Shown here piece after piece: positions 8,805-16,509 of a DNA stretch of 20,000 nucleotides; position 1 is the stretch's first letter, and every line of letters starts with the position of its first letter. The DNA is from an uncultured virus (IMG/VR IMGVR_UViG_3300021185_003723) (Duplodnaviria; Heunggongvirae; Uroviricota; Caudoviricetes): the IMG/VR virus record IMGVR_UViG_3300021185_003723. The stretch is one strand, 5' to 3'. A program made the translations under genes and the position numbers. The notes beneath the pieces are model-generated. The model was not told the DNA's origin. It saw only the letters and a list, made by a program, of their open reading frames with translations, and searched no databases.

Positions 8805-9435
8805 ATCGTTTTTCCAAATCTTTGAAAATGTTTATACTATTTTTAAATGCAAATATTGCTTCGTCTGCCATAGTAATATCTAACAAATTTCTAAGATATT
8901 CTTTCATCTGTGTTTTGTTTTCAAAATGATAACAATTTGTCCAACTTCTCGGATCTGTAAAAGCTGGACTTAACCAATATGATTCTCTACCATCAGAATC
9001 TGCTGCACTATCGTTAGCGGCTTTTTCTGCATACGTCTCATAATGTGTAGGTTTTGGTACATGCTTAGCAATAATTTGGCCGCCGTACATATCGCCAAAA
9101 TGACGTACGTAGAGGTGTGCCAATAGCTGGTCGACGTCTAAGCTACGAATGTAATCGCCGTATTTTACAGTTGATTCTTCAAGTCCCGCTTCATATTTAT
9201 ACTGGCCTCTATCTTGAGTGATCGGTAAAATCCGCTGGATATCTATAAGTATAGGGTGTTTGGACCAAAAGTCGTGTGCGCCAAGAGTGTTTTCAATAGT
9301 TTCATAAATATGTTGCATATTATACAGGTATTGGCCATACTGTTCATCGGTCATTTTACCAGAGACTAATAGCTTAGACCATTTAGTGTTCTCTGCTTCT
9401 TCATGAACTTCGCGTGTCATTTTCTTAAGTGGCAT
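8794..9435 (-). CDS. hemO: Haem oxygenase (biliverdin-forming; HemO/Ho1-like)
   Basis: LKKMTREVHEEAE (proximal His), LLAHLYVRHFGDMYGGQII (distal helix) and EAIFAF. Start reassigned to ATG 9435 (213 aa) because of the GGAGC RBS at 9441-9445. Confidence 0.92.
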   Translation of the reverse strand: MPLKKMTREVHEEAENTKWSKLLVSGKMTDEQYGQYLYNMQHIYETIENTLGAHDFWSKHPILIDIQRILPITQDRGQYKYEAGLEESTVKYGDYIRSLDVDQLLAHLYVRHFGDMYGGQIIAKHVPKPTHYETYAEKAANDSAADSDGRESYWLSPAFTDPRSWTNCYHFENKTQMKEYLRNLLDITMADEAIFAFKNSINIFKDLEKRFDL

Positions 9436-9440
9436 AAATA
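9433..9440 (+). promoter_or_regulatory. Possible late promoter variant CATAAATA upstream of hldA-hldD-gmhB
   Basis: NATAAATA-type match on the plus strand, 35 nt upstream of the hldA ATG, overlapping the hemO start codon. Confidence 0.45.
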
Positions 9441-9464
9441 GCTCCATAACGTAGAATAAAATGG

Positions 9465-9472
9465 TATTTATA
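9465..9472 (-). promoter_or_regulatory. T4-type late promoter TATAAATA upstream of hemO-pcyX
   Basis: Exact tatttata on the plus strand, 30 nt upstream of hemO ATG 9435, the same geometry as at gp13. Confidence 0.85.
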
Positions 9473-9474
9473 CA

Positions 9475-10395
9475 ATGATTAATGTGATAGGTGATATAAT
9501 TATAGATGAGTACTGGCATGGTGATACTAATCGTGTATCACCTGAAGCACCAGTGCCTATTGTTGATTTAAAAAATAAAAGCATTTCGATTGGAGGTGCT
9601 GGCAACGTATATATGAATTTGCGTGGATTAACAAATCAAGTTGCACTTCACGGATATTACAGCGAAGATTTTGCATATATATTTGATAAGGTAGAGGCGA
9701 CTGGCAACCTTTTACTAACAGAACAAATGCCACATAAATTGCGCGTATTCTCAGGCTCTCATTATATGTCAAGGATCGACGCCGAGAAACGCATAGAAGA
9801 CAACGATGTACAAGATAAATTCTTTGTGCCAAATAAATTTGAAATAGTCATATTATCTGACTATGATAAGGGAACAGTTAAAGATCCACAGTCGATCATT
9901 AAAAAATCTAAACGCACGATCGTAGATCCTAAGATCTCGCTCGATAATTATAAAGGTGCTTTTATATTAAAGCCAAACAGAAAAGAATTTGAAGACTACA
10001 TAGGACATACGACTACGCCTAAGTCTTTGATGACCGAAGCCCAACGATTAAGACATGAATTAGAAATAGAACATTTCATTGTCACATTAGGACCAGAAGG
10101 AGTTTTATACGTTGGTGATTCAGTTGAACACTACGAAGCAACTGCGCAAGAAGTGTTTGACGTAACTGGAGCGGGAGATACCTTCACTGCCGCGCTTGCA
10201 TATGGGATATACAGAAGTTGTGATGTTCAGGACGCTGTGATTATAGCAAACAAGATGGCTGGATTGGCCGTGAGCAAACCTGGAACTTATGTAATAAGCC
10301 CAACAGATTTTAATGAAGCTATGGAAGAAATCAATGAATATATTAATAACAGGGCACCGAGGATTCATCGGGAAGAACTTATGGCTTTACTTTAA
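9475..10395 (+). CDS. hldA: D-glycero-beta-D-manno-heptose 7-phosphate kinase (HldE N-terminal domain; RfaE1/HldA, PfkB family)
   Basis: VIGDIIIDEY, RVSPEAPVP, GGAGNV, LSDYDKG, VDPK, KPNRKE and VFDVTGAGDT motifs. Confidence 0.93.
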   Translation: MINVIGDIIIDEYWHGDTNRVSPEAPVPIVDLKNKSISIGGAGNVYMNLRGLTNQVALHGYYSEDFAYIFDKVEATGNLLLTEQMPHKLRVFSGSHYMSRIDAEKRIEDNDVQDKFFVPNKFEIVILSDYDKGTVKDPQSIIKKSKRTIVDPKISLDNYKGAFILKPNRKEFEDYIGHTTTPKSLMTEAQRLRHELEIEHFIVTLGPEGVLYVGDSVEHYEATAQEVFDVTGAGDTFTAALAYGIYRSCDVQDAVIIANKMAGLAVSKPGTYVISPTDFNEAMEEINEYINNRAPRIHREELMALL

Positions 10396-11158
10396 GTCAA
10401 AAGGCTACAACGTCGAAGGCTGGGAGTGGGGAGATACACCTGAGCTGCTTTTGCATGAAAACTTAGATGTAGTAATACATTGCGGTGCTATTAGTAGCAC
10501 AACAGAACGCAATGCAGATGAACTTATGGAAAAAAATTATAAGTTTACGACAGATCTTATTGTGAAATGTTTAGAGCTTAATATTGATCTACAATATGCA
10601 TCTTCAGCATCAGTTTACGGCGATAGTACAACATTCAGAGAAACCGACGCTTGCAGGCCTTTAAATGGTTACGCATGGTCAAAGTATCTTATCGATAAAT
10701 TTGTCGAAGAAACTTTAGATATGCCTCTGCCTATTAATATCCAGGGCTTTAGATACTTTAATGTTTATGGGAAGTGGGAATCAATTAAGGGCAATCAGGC
10801 GTCGCCAGTTACTAAGTTTAAGCAGCAAGCATTAATAGATGGTTCTATTATGCTATTTGATGATTCAGAAAAATACATCCGAGATTTTGTATGTGTTGAT
10901 GACGTTTGCAAAGTCCACGAACAGATGTTAGACACAGATGTATCAGGCATATTTAATGTTGGGACAGGTAAGCCAGTGAGTTTTGAAAGTGTTGCAAATG
11001 TTATTGCTGAAAAACATGACGTGACAATTAATCGTATTCCGATGCCCCAGTCAATCCGCGCAAGTTATCAAGAATTTACTCATGCAAATATAGAAAAAAT
11101 TTCAAAGCACGTTGATATTGATTGGATCTCTGTAGAGGATTATGTTAATAATGTATAA
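10334..11158 (+). CDS. hldD: ADP-L-glycero-D-manno-heptose 6-epimerase (extended SDR)
   Basis: ILITGHRGFIG, HCGAISSTTE, YASSASVYG, PLNGYAWSK (YxxxK), FRYFNVYG, RDFVCVDD and GIFNVGTG. Start set at ATG 10334 (MNILITG). Confidence 0.92.
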   Translation: MNILITGHRGFIGKNLWLYFKSKGYNVEGWEWGDTPELLLHENLDVVIHCGAISSTTERNADELMEKNYKFTTDLIVKCLELNIDLQYASSASVYGDSTTFRETDACRPLNGYAWSKYLIDKFVEETLDMPLPINIQGFRYFNVYGKWESIKGNQASPVTKFKQQALIDGSIMLFDDSEKYIRDFVCVDDVCKVHEQMLDTDVSGIFNVGTGKPVSFESVANVIAEKHDVTINRIPMPQSIRASYQEFTHANIEKISKHVDIDWISVEDYVNNV

Positions 11159-11792
11159 TATGTGGCAAGATCAAAAGTCTGACGAGATACAGCAAGGATC
11201 TCCTGACGCTCTGTTAAGCAGAGCGCAAATGTGGAGTAAGTATCCTAAGCCATTAGTAGCTATTGATCGTGACGGCGTACTTATAAAATGCAAAGATGTT
11301 GTTAAATCAATAGAAAGTTTTGAGCCTATTGAGGGTTCTTTATCTGCAATTTCTATGATTAGGGCAAAGGGTTACAAAGTAGCAATCATATTTGACCAGC
11401 CAGGAATTTCTCGAGGCCAATTGACTGTAGAAGACGTGGATCGGATGAATGACCACATGATTGATTTATTTGGTCAGGCCGGATGCCCTAGCATCGATGG
11501 CACGTTATATAACATGTCAGATTTAAAGCATGACATTTATTCTAAACCAAATACCGGCATGCTTAAACGTCTGCGCGATGAAATGGGTGTGCCGCTTAAA
11601 GGCGGATACTATGTAGGTGATCGTTTAGTAGATGCTAAAATGGCTGACCGAGCAAAGCTTAAACCTGTTCTAGTTAAGACAGGTAAATATGAAGATGACA
11701 AAAAACAATTTAATAGTTTTGCCAATAGGCCGCTAAAAAAGAAAACTAAAATATACGACAATTTACTTGAGTTTGCAGAATCATTGCAATGA
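11151..11792 (+). CDS. gmhB: D,D-heptose 1,7-bisphosphate phosphatase-like HAD phosphatase
   Basis: IDRDGVL (HAD motif I), DQPGISRG, SKPNTGM, VGDRLVD and LVKTGK; follows hldA-hldD. Start uncertain (11142, 11151 or 11160); GAGGA at 11135-11139 favours 11151. Confidence 0.8.
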   Translation: MYNMWQDQKSDEIQQGSPDALLSRAQMWSKYPKPLVAIDRDGVLIKCKDVVKSIESFEPIEGSLSAISMIRAKGYKVAIIFDQPGISRGQLTVEDVDRMNDHMIDLFGQAGCPSIDGTLYNMSDLKHDIYSKPNTGMLKRLRDEMGVPLKGGYYVGDRLVDAKMADRAKLKPVLVKTGKYEDDKKQFNSFANRPLKKKTKIYDNLLEFAESLQ

Positions 11793-11818
11793 AAAAAGGC
11801 GGGGAATTATCCCCGCCT
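11792..11818 (-). terminator. Rho-independent terminator between convergent gmhB and carbamoyltransferase genes
   Basis: 9-bp stem AGGCGGGGA / TCCCCGCCT (11797-11805 and 11810-11818) with a 4-nt loop, followed by a T run on the minus strand. Confidence 0.88.
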
Positions 11819-11840
11819 AGTTGCATGAGGTGCTTCTCAT

Positions 11841-13664
11841 TTAGTCTTCGTTAGCAACTTTGATTAACTTTCCGTGCTCTGGCAAATACAGATATTCAAT
11901 GTCTGAGTTAACAAGAGTGTGGATAGCATCGTCAATAGTTTCTACAAGCGGTTCTCCGCCCAGGTTAAAACTGGTGTTAAATACAATAGGCACACCAGTT
12001 TTTTCTTTAAACTCTTTAATTAATTTATAATATAAAGGGTTTTGTTCTTCTGTTACCGTTTGAATACGACAAGTTCCATCGATATGAATAATTGATGGAA
12101 TCTTTTCATCAACTCCTGGTTTACAATTCACAGCATACATCATGTGAGGTGTTTCATCCATGCCGCGCAGATCAAACCAATCGTGTACATCTTCAGCTAG
12201 GATAGATCCTGCAAATGGCCGAAAATACTCACGATTTTTAATATTGTTGACATAATCTTTGCCGTCTTTAAATGTAGGATCAAACAATATAGAACGATTA
12301 CCAAGTGCTCGCGGCCCGTTCTCTGATCGACCCTGGAACACAGTAACAATATTTTTACTTGTCATTAGATCAACAATATCTTTATCGGTTGCGTCTGACA
12401 TTACAGCTTCTTCGGCCCCAGCGACAGCGACTGCAATATCTTCGATCGTATAGTTATGATCTGGTCCAAGATATAATGTATTTAAGTCGCGGTTTGTTTC
12501 ATCGTCTGTTCGACCGTGCCAGTACATAAGCGCAGCGCCCATAGCTGTTCCGGCATCATTAGATATTGGTTCGATATAAAGATTAATGCCCTCATCTTTA
12601 AGTGCTTCAAGGTAATGATAATTAGCAACGCAATTAAGTCCGTATCCGCCTGAAATAACAACGTTGTTATTACCAGACATTTCAACAGCTTTACGAATCA
12701 ATGCAACCATTTGCTTTTGTGATTCAGTCTGTATTGCATACGCCATATCTCGCCGCAACTGCATTTTTGTTAAATCACCTCCAGCCGCGTCAAATTCCTC
12801 TTGGGTTGCATGCAGCTGTTTGTAGAAATTGTCGTTGACAAAAGCACCGTTTGGCGTATTTGGCACTAAGATGTTTCGGTTTGTGATACCAGGGTTTGGC
12901 GACAAACTGTCAAACAATTCAGGTATATCAGGATTTGCATTGCCGTATGGAAACAAGCCCATAGTCTTACCGGCTTCAATAGGAGCCCAACCACAGTATG
13001 TCGTTACAGCTTCATAGGCTTTGGTCAGTCCACAGCGATCTGAGATTTGTGCTTCATATTCGCCTTCTTCACCAAATATTTCAGCCGACAGTTTGACGTC
13101 AGCCGCGCCCGATACTGGTTCGCGACAACCGATGTGCTTGTACAACGTTGTAAAATTAGAAGGATAACTACAGTCGATAATGCTTTCATATTCCCAGAAA
13201 CCTAATTGTCGATTAGGATCGCTTGGATCACCAAGTGGCATAACAGAGCCGGCGCCGTCTGCAATAAGAGCAACAGCCGAATCAAACGGCGAACGATAAA
13301 ACGCAGCTGCCGCATGCAACTTGTGATGCATAATAGAAAGATCGATTACTTGAGGGTGTTTTTGCGTTCGATTTGCTCGATCGATCATACCCATTTTACG
13401 GAATAGGCCTGTATATACATCATCACCTGAAAAATCCACCATGCCGGCAGTAGATGCAAGTGACTGAGTATGTGCAATAACAACATAATCAATTTTCTTG
13501 GTATAATCAAGAATTTTCATAATAGCTGCATACGGGCCGCCGTCATATTTTGCACGCGAGAGTCGTTCTTCCTCGATGCTAAATACGATCTCACCATTTT
13601 TGATTAAACAAACGCCACCATTATGGCCACGAGCTACGCCTGCAATCCAAATATCATTTTCCAT
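11841..13664 (-). CDS. O-carbamoyltransferase, full length (CmcH/NodU/TobZ family)
   Basis: EEERLSRAK, HHKLHAAAAF, DGAGS, AGKTMGL.PYG, SGGYGLNCVAN, DAGTAMGAA, ENGPRALGNRS, REYFRPFA, HIDGTCRIQT and NTSFNLGGEPLV. Start ATG 13664 with AAGGTG RBS. Confidence 0.95.
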   Translation of the reverse strand: MENDIWIAGVARGHNGGVCLIKNGEIVFSIEEERLSRAKYDGGPYAAIMKILDYTKKIDYVVIAHTQSLASTAGMVDFSGDDVYTGLFRKMGMIDRANRTQKHPQVIDLSIMHHKLHAAAAFYRSPFDSAVALIADGAGSVMPLGDPSDPNRQLGFWEYESIIDCSYPSNFTTLYKHIGCREPVSGAADVKLSAEIFGEEGEYEAQISDRCGLTKAYEAVTTYCGWAPIEAGKTMGLFPYGNANPDIPELFDSLSPNPGITNRNILVPNTPNGAFVNDNFYKQLHATQEEFDAAGGDLTKMQLRRDMAYAIQTESQKQMVALIRKAVEMSGNNNVVISGGYGLNCVANYHYLEALKDEGINLYIEPISNDAGTAMGAALMYWHGRTDDETNRDLNTLYLGPDHNYTIEDIAVAVAGAEEAVMSDATDKDIVDLMTSKNIVTVFQGRSENGPRALGNRSILFDPTFKDGKDYVNNIKNREYFRPFAGSILAEDVHDWFDLRGMDETPHMMYAVNCKPGVDEKIPSIIHIDGTCRIQTVTEEQNPLYYKLIKEFKEKTGVPIVFNTSFNLGGEPLVETIDDAIHTLVNSDIEYLYLPEHGKLIKVANED

Positions 13665-14607
13665 TTTTTGCACCTTTATTCATAATAACTTCAAGTTCTT
13701 TATAAATTTCATCGATAACTTTGTCGTTCATTAACATAAGGCCATCAGATTTGCGATGTTTTTCGTCTTCCATAGAAATCCTAATAGGATCATACTCGCG
13801 ACGACCAGCGCCAATATCTAAACATTGATATGTATTGCTGTCTGGATAGCTTACGTTTTCTGGAAAGGTTGCACCAAGTACTGCTATAGCAGGCGTACTT
13901 AACGCGTAAGCAAAGTGTTGACCAACACTATCACACCCAACAAATCCATCTGCCGCTTTAACAAATCCAGCCCATGATCGTAATGGCGCACCATCAGGTT
14001 GTGCAACTGGATCTGCGCAACCGGCTTCTTTCCAGTCAATTTGCATTTCTGCCATAACAATTACTGCATATTTCTTTTGGATTTTTTTAACAAGCTTTAC
14101 TGCATCAGACTGACTAAATGAACGCCCACCTGGATCTACCAAGTTTTTGCCCATAGGCATAATGCCTCTTCCAAATGGCTGAAAGACTATAGCTTTATTT
14201 TTGCCGGTTTTTTGTTTTACTTCTTCGACAATATTCCAACCATCAACCTCTTCTTGAGTTGATAACTTTAGAGTTGGTTTTTGAAGTTCGCGCAAGCCTT
14301 GTTTGTTGATTTCTATATCAAACGCTTGTGCTAAGCTTCCTTTTTGATTATAGTATTCCCAGATCCGATATGGTTCGGTCGTAATACAATTTCGATCTTT
14401 GACATATGATTCAAATAAATCTTTGTGCCAATTATCAAATGCACGTGCATGTAGGGTCGGATGACCTTTATACATGTCCATACCACCTTCACAAACGATA
14501 ATAAAATCGTCGTCAGGATTTTCTTGTTCATATTTTTCGAAAGCTGGAATTGAGCAGAGATGTCGGCCTGCCCCGCCGTTCACGAAGAACGCTGTTGATC
14601 TTGTCAT
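13654..14607 (-). CDS. GT-B glycosyltransferase, GT9 (ADP-heptose heptosyltransferase)-like
   Basis: N-terminal GGAGRHLCSIPA; C-terminal LRSWAGFVKAADGFVGCDSVGQHFAYALSTPAIAVLGAT matches the GT9 pattern (G.DSG..H.A.A...P...L.G.T). Start ATG 14607 with GAGGTG RBS. Confidence 0.75.
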   Translation of the reverse strand: MTRSTAFFVNGGAGRHLCSIPAFEKYEQENPDDDFIIVCEGGMDMYKGHPTLHARAFDNWHKDLFESYVKDRNCITTEPYRIWEYYNQKGSLAQAFDIEINKQGLRELQKPTLKLSTQEEVDGWNIVEEVKQKTGKNKAIVFQPFGRGIMPMGKNLVDPGGRSFSQSDAVKLVKKIQKKYAVIVMAEMQIDWKEAGCADPVAQPDGAPLRSWAGFVKAADGFVGCDSVGQHFAYALSTPAIAVLGATFPENVSYPDSNTYQCLDIGAGRREYDPIRISMEDEKHRKSDGLMLMNDKVIDEIYKELEVIMNKGAKNGK

Positions 14608-14663
14608 TTTGCACCTCACAAGAATAAATTATAAATGAATGATCTAAATAATCATTATGTAGT

Positions 14664-14671
14664 TATATATA
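14664..14671 (-). promoter_or_regulatory. Possible late promoter variant TATATATA upstream of GT9-carbamoyltransferase
   Basis: One mismatch to TATAAATA, located just past the hairpin and upstream of the GT9 gene. Confidence 0.5.
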
Positions 14672-14678
14672 CACGGTT

Positions 14679-14714
14679 CAAAGAGCCCAAATTAATGGGC
14701 TCTTTGTTTTTTTT
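14679..14714. terminator. Hairpin terminator, possibly bidirectional
   Basis: 11-bp inverted repeat CAAAGAGCCCA / TGGGCTCTTTG (14679-14689 and 14696-14706). Long T run follows on the plus strand; only TTTG follows the GC core on the minus strand. Confidence 0.75.
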
Positions 14715-15417
14715 ATGCATCACTGTCTTCGATTGCCGTGGCCGGAGCTTCCCAATCAGGAGTTCTGGTCCATACGACCTGATGCGGTTTAAGTCCGGCT
14801 CCTTGATACACATTAATTTTGTTATCAATTTCTGTATTCATTGCCAACCATGCATCTTTTTTAGCGGTGTCTGCATCTGTAGCATCTGAACCAAGCGCGG
14901 TAATCCTTGCAACTTCTTCATCTGAACGAGCCCTTAAGGCAGCAGCCTGCCCGCCAATTCCGCCCCAGTTTGTCCACGGCTTGTGCCATGTCAATCCACT
15001 GAAAACTCCGGTATTTGTATCATATTGCATAGTTGATTCATATGCTTTCCACGGCAAAGGCGGCCATGGTGCTTTATATACATGATTATCATCGCCGTCT
15101 GGAAGATTAACAGTAAGATGAGGATATGCCGACGAATCTTGATCTGAAGAATCAACACCAAGTTGCCCCCATAAAATGGCAGCTTCAAGCGGATGGTCAT
15201 ATGCTGAAATTACAACAGGGTCACCTGGACGCTGAGTCAAAAAGCTTTCGCTTGTTTCTTCTCTAGCGCTGCCGCCGACATTATTGTTTTTATCTACGGA
15301 AATACCTAAATATTGTGGGCCCCGATAAGTAAACGTAGCAGAAGAATCATTTACGCTTGTCTGCTCTACGTAACCGTCAGGAATTTTATACGTAAACGTA
15401 TTTTTAATTCTGCTCAT
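14713..15417 (-). CDS. Hypothetical protein with C-terminal tail-fibre assembly chaperone-like region
   Basis: 234 aa. The C-terminus W..I...AAALRARSD...AWLAM..EI...PHQVVWTRTP resembles the W..IR..R..LL..SD...W..Y...L...P..V.WP..P pattern of phage tail assembly chaperones. Lies directly downstream of the Gly/Cys-rich genes. Confidence 0.5.
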   Translation of the reverse strand: MSRIKNTFTYKIPDGYVEQTSVNDSSATFTYRGPQYLGISVDKNNNVGGSAREETSESFLTQRPGDPVVISAYDHPLEAAILWGQLGVDSSDQDSSAYPHLTVNLPDGDDNHVYKAPWPPLPWKAYESTMQYDTNTGVFSGLTWHKPWTNWGGIGGQAAALRARSDEEVARITALGSDATDADTAKKDAWLAMNTEIDNKINVYQGAGLKPHQVVWTRTPDWEAPATAIEDSDA

Positions 15418-15429
15418 TTTTTCTACTCT

Positions 15430-16509
15430 CTATTTGTAAGTAATTCTAATTTGATTTGGGCCGCCCATGCCACCACACATGATGTTGCCACCTTCTGTGG
15501 TAGACGACATTCCACCAACACCTATAAGATTGGGATGATGCGCACATCCGCGTGCGTAAGGCGTAGCGGTGTGTGCCCGACGATTTGCTCTGGTGCTAGT
15601 TGCATTCATATTTTGTGCGCAAACCCACTCGGCAATCCAACCGCCTTCTAACGGCGCGGACCAGCCGTGCCAATGATCGAGTTGTCTGCCAGGATAGTGA
15701 CGCCATAACCGTGTTCCACACGTCGCGGAAACGGTGCTACATGTATTACTGCAATAATTCGATTGAGCGTAACCCCATTGTCCCCTTGATCCATAATCTG
15801 CACCATAGTAACAGGCTCTTTGATATCTGTCGTTATCACTATCGCCGACGGATCTTCGTGTGATATCACACATTGTCAGAGGTACCCAGCAATGAAACGC
15901 CTGATTACCGCCACCGGGCATCCGACATGCAGTTGAACCTATATATGCATATGGCCGTGTAACTCCAGGGTTTCCACCTTCGGCACAAAAGTTTGTTAGA
16001 CCGTTACCTGTGACATATGCCTTTGCGCCTCGTATTCCGTGATTGACAAGGTCAGGATTACTGCTTGGGTCACTGTTTTGTATGGTGTTAGCGCAATTGG
16101 ATATATATGTAGTCTGCGCACCATTGTCTATTACATCGCCAAGACACATTGTATATGTATCACCTGGGACAACGTCTATAGTTTTAAGTGCGTAGGCACC
16201 AGAACCTCCTGGAACACCCATCATACAGCAAGTAGCCCCGGCACCGTATCCGCCCATTCCCCAAGCTTCAAATGTCGCTTTGGTTATGCCTGCCGGCACT
16301 GTCCAATAATAACGTGGAATATCAGAATCATATCCAGTAGGATTATAACATGCGCCACCAGTACAATAACAGTAACCAGGTATCTGGTCATTTTGTGTAT
16401 AATCACCGCCCCACAATTGGAAAATAATTGATGAACCTTCAGTGTCTTTCATATCCCGAGAACCAGGTTCTATCTGGTGTGGGAAAAAGCTTTTTAGTGT
16501 TTTTGCCAT
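15430..16509 (-). CDS. Cys/Gly-rich putative virion/tail-associated protein (paralogue 1)
   Basis: Start at ATG 16509 (MAKTLK, TAATG overlap; 359 aa). WTVPAGITKATFEAWGMGGYGA..CC..GGSGAYA.K.I.V.PG resembles glycine-rich domains of phage tail/adhesin proteins. Confidence 0.7.
   Translation of the reverse strand: MAKTLKSFFPHQIEPGSRDMKDTEGSSIIFQLWGGDYTQNDQIPGYCYCTGGACYNPTGYDSDIPRYYWTVPAGITKATFEAWGMGGYGAGATCCMMGVPGGSGAYALKTIDVVPGDTYTMCLGDVIDNGAQTTYISNCANTIQNSDPSSNPDLVNHGIRGAKAYVTGNGLTNFCAEGGNPGVTRPYAYIGSTACRMPGGGNQAFHCWVPLTMCDITRRSVGDSDNDRYQRACYYGADYGSRGQWGYAQSNYCSNTCSTVSATCGTRLWRHYPGRQLDHWHGWSAPLEGGWIAEWVCAQNMNATSTRANRRAHTATPYARGCAHHPNLIGVGGMSSTTEGGNIMCGGMGGPNQIRITYK

Noticed and set aside
9436..9519. 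28-aa N-terminal extension of haem oxygenase in the ORF track
   Set aside because: Would overlap hldA and the late promoter; ATG 9435 has a good RBS and matches the family start.
13666..14616. Identical 10-mer TTTTGCACCT at 13666-13675 and 14607-14616
   Set aside because: Explained as the same Shine-Dalgarno plus A-rich spacer before two consecutive start codons.
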